Assembly (NCBI GenBank): GCA_043228905.1 | Contig: JBHGNT010000006.1 | Coordinates: forward strand, 12,586,001 to 12,650,000 | Length of the DNA: 64,000 bases | Origin: Azolla caroliniana | Lineage: Eukaryota; Plantae; Polypodiophyta | Direction of reading: 5' to 3' | In this document: positions 61,036-64,000 of the stretch, piece by piece | Numbering within the stretch: the first letter of the stretch is position 1 | Layout of the letters: every line of letters starts with the position of its first letter | The notes under the pieces: generated by a model | Seen by the model: only the letters and a program-made list of their open reading frames with translations | Databases searched by the model: none | What the model was told of the DNA's origin: nothing | Program-made: the position numbers and the translations under genes

Positions 61036-61837
61036 ATATCCACCACCATTGTCGGTTTGGACAACCTTCAACTTTCGACCCGACTCTCTTTCTACCCTTG
61101 CTTGGAACCTCTTGAAGAATAACAATACTTGGTTCTTCGACTTTAGTATGAAAGTCAACACCTTTCGACGGTAGTCATCAATGAACTTCACAAAGTGTTG
61201 TCCACCTCGATGCGATGGAGCATCCACATAGCACACATTCATGTATACCAATTTTAGTGGCACTTCTCTTCTTCTCAGTGGTCTTGAGTGGAATGCTGCT
61301 TTGTTCTTCTTTCAGACTAAGCAGTCGACACACTTCTCCAAGTGTACTCTTTTCACTTCTAGGAGAAGTACATGGTCGTCCATGATGTGCATTTCTTTTT
61401 CACTCATGTGGCCAAGCCTCTTATGCCATTCACTTCCGACTTGCACAGTCGGGCATGCATCATATATAGTGTGCCCTCTTTCTGAGCTTGGGCCACTATG
61501 AGGTTTCCACGGCAGAACTTCCACTTGCCGTTTTGGAAGTTACCACGGTAGCCTTCATCGTCCAGCCTTCTAGTCGATATCAAATTCAATATGATATCGG
61601 GGACATGTCAAACTTCCCTCAGGGTTTGTCGACATCATCAGGCTTACACTTCCTATGCCGGCTATGTTGCACTCCCCATTATCTCCCATCTTTAGATAAC
61701 CATGATCACCGGTTGTGTAAGTTGAGAAACACTCTTTCGACGGAGTTATATGGAAAGATGCACCTGAGTTGATTACCCGATGCACTCTTCACTTGCAAGA
61801 TTTGTGCTTGTTTGCTCACAAATGAATAGGATTTCCT

Positions 61838-64000
61838 TGTCAAGAGAGAGAGAGAGAGAGAGAGATAATTGAAAGATAATTATTATATTGAAGAGTAAAA
61901 TGGATTACAAAGAGGAGGCTACAAAATGGCGTTGAACCAATTTAGGTTTGGGATGAGTGGTAGATCCCTATTTATAAGTAATAGAGAACACTCTAGAATA
62001 TTCTAGGTTATCCTAGAATCTAGAGTATTCTAGAAGGTTCTAGTGGTATAGAACACTCTAGAATATTCTAGGTCATTCTAGAATGTAGAGTAATATAGAA
62101 TATTCCTATGATATAAGATATCATATTCTAAAAACTATACATATAAGAATATTAATACAATGGTTAAGGATTTGACATGCGTACAACAAGGTCGTGGGTT
62201 CAAATCCTTTTGAGTTATAATGTGAGTGTCATGATCTTTTCGATGCATGATGTGAGTGTTATCATGACACTATACCCCTTCTTCGACGACATGTCTCATG
62301 GGTCGTAGAGTTTGTATTAGGACCTAGTTTACAAGGATATTGGCGATGAAATGCAGTGATGAGTTCCGCAGCATTGGAAAGATTTGCAGCAAGTTCCCAA
62401 GTTCGATCATTAGGGGTATAGCCTAGCCAATCGACTAAGTAATACAGCTTGTTGCACACGATTTTAGAATCGAGAACGGCAGCAACTTCAAATTCGGGTC
62501 CATCCAAGAACTCGACAGGTGGGGGGGGGGGTGTCGTAAGACAGCCCGGAATTGAACTTGTAGTATAAGGTTCGAAAAGGGATACATGAAACACCGGGTG
62601 AAGATGCATGTGCGGAGGGAGGTTAAGACGAAATGCAACATCACTTATCTTACCAGTGATCATGTGAGGGCCAAAACGTTGGTAATCCAATTTACTACAA
62701 GGTCGAGTGGTCTTGATGTTGTGTTGGAGAAGCCATACATGATCCCCAACGCGGAACTTTTTTGAGGAGTCTAGACGATGACGATCGGCAAGCCTCTTGT
62801 GTGTAACTTGAGCATTGTGCAAATTGTGGAGAATGGTAGCATGAATTTCTTGGGGGCGACTAAGACGATCCTCGGCATCAAGGTTGGTAGGAACGTCTGA
62901 ATGCGCATTCATCGTCCACCGAGGATGACAGCCCGTATTTGCGAAAAATGGGGAATATCCTGTAGAAGAATGGGCTGACTTGTTGTAAGAGAATTCTGCC
63001 AAGTGCAAAAAATCAACCCAATCATCTTGTTGATAGTTGATGAAACAACAAAGATATTGTTCCAACGTCTGGTTGGTACGCTCAGTTTGGCCATTTGTTT
63101 TGAGATGATAGCCCAAAGAAAGCTTAACCGAAATGTGGAGAAGTTTGAACATGTGCTTCGAAAACTTTGAGATGAATTGTGGACCACGATCACTAATAAT
63201 ATCATTCGACAGACCATGATGTTTAAATACCTCCCACATAACAAGATCAGCCGCCTCTTGACTAGTAATCGACTTTGTACATGGCAAGAAATGTGCCATT
63301 TTGGTAAATCGATCAACCACTGTGAGAATTGCATCAAAACCTTTTGAAACTAGGAGATCAATAATGAAGTTCAAGGATATAGACCTCTAAGGAGTTTCCG
63401 GAATGGGAAGTGGTTGTAGTAAGCCATAGGATCGGTGACGAGGACTCTTTGATCGACAACATATATCACAGCTCCGAACATACTCCTCAACAAAATGACG
63501 AAGGTGAGGCCACCAATAGTGTCGAGAAATTAATTCTAGAGTCTTGCAAACTCCAAAATGACCAGCCATTAGTGAGTCATGGCAATGTTGTAAAACTTGT
63601 AGTTGTGGGGGACCATCAAGAACATACAATAGATTTTGTCGTTACAGAAAACCACCATGCCAATAGAATTGGCGATAGTCATTACGAGGATTTTTCGACC
63701 ATGAGCAAGAAGCATGATCCGGGAAGATATGATCCAAAACATCCTTGGCGAAATCATCAGCCAATAGAATTGGCGATAGTCATTACGAGGATTTTTCGAC
63801 CGTGAGCAAGAAGCATGATCCGGGACGATATGATCCAAAACATCCTTGGCGAAATCATCAATGGCCATATGATCTCGAATGGAATCAAGAAGAGTGGAAT
63901 TTTCAAGAGTTGTTATGGCATTAACTACCATTAATCGTAATCGATTAGGACCCAAAAGGATTTGTTTTTTATGCTCAAATGCAAGTTCCTGTCAGGAACA
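61838..64000 (-). mobile_element. Chromovirus (Tcn1-like) 3' end: integrase, chromodomain, 3' LTR
   Basis: LTR 61838-62269; PPT gaagaagggg; integrase HHCC, SDRGPQF, NGQTERTN, HPVFHVS; chromodomain FEVAAVLDSK..YLVDWLGY..RTWE. Confidence 0.93.
63659..63860. repeat. 101-bp tandem duplication in chromovirus pol
   Basis: gccaatagaattggcg...aaatcatca occurs twice with 101-bp period. Confidence 0.9.

Larger units (their letters stand above)
57551..61837 (-). mobile_element. Old Copia family A-like internal fragment (protease to integrase), split by an insertion
   Basis: VINSGASFH, WHKRLGHMSEK, QTDNGGGY at 61036-61837; NGLAERMNRTI at 57551-57720. Confidence 0.8.

Noticed and set aside
63659-63860. 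101-bp duplication as a functional feature
   Set aside because: It is frameshifting and lies in a decayed pol; most likely a neutral lesion.

Overview
There are no host genes in this window. It is a dense, multi-layer nest of plant-type retrotransposons, most likely from a non-seed land plant such as a moss (inferred from the TE lineages; the taxon cannot be determined here). It holds at least four Ty3/Gypsy types: a tRNA-Trp-primed family, a tRNA-Arg-primed family with an extra 3' ORF, Tcn1-like self-priming chromoviruses, and a gag-only LTR element. It also holds two Ty1/Copia families, a 5'-truncated LINE, a degenerate tRNA-Lys tandem array and a (CA7)n tract. Several insertions are delimited exactly by TG..CA ends and target-site duplications. 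The most striking observation concerns the Arg-primed Gypsy family. It has no polypurine tract next to its 3' LTR. Instead it carries a sense copy of the tRNA-Arg(UCU) T-arm, acceptor strand and CCA, with a covarying hairpin inserted in the T-loop, 2-5 nt before the LTR. This is seen in 4 different elements (one partial) and suggests a non-canonical, possibly tRNA-dependent, plus-strand priming mechanism. Other notable items are a 756-bp spacer-less palindrome replacing a 3' LTR, tRNA-like A/B-box cassettes inside four dissimilar LTRs, a conserved accessory coiled-coil ORF, a Copia family with a duplicated PPT and a conserved Pol tail, and a young gag element fused in frame to a miniaturised RT relic. 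All homology calls were made by eye; no searches were run.
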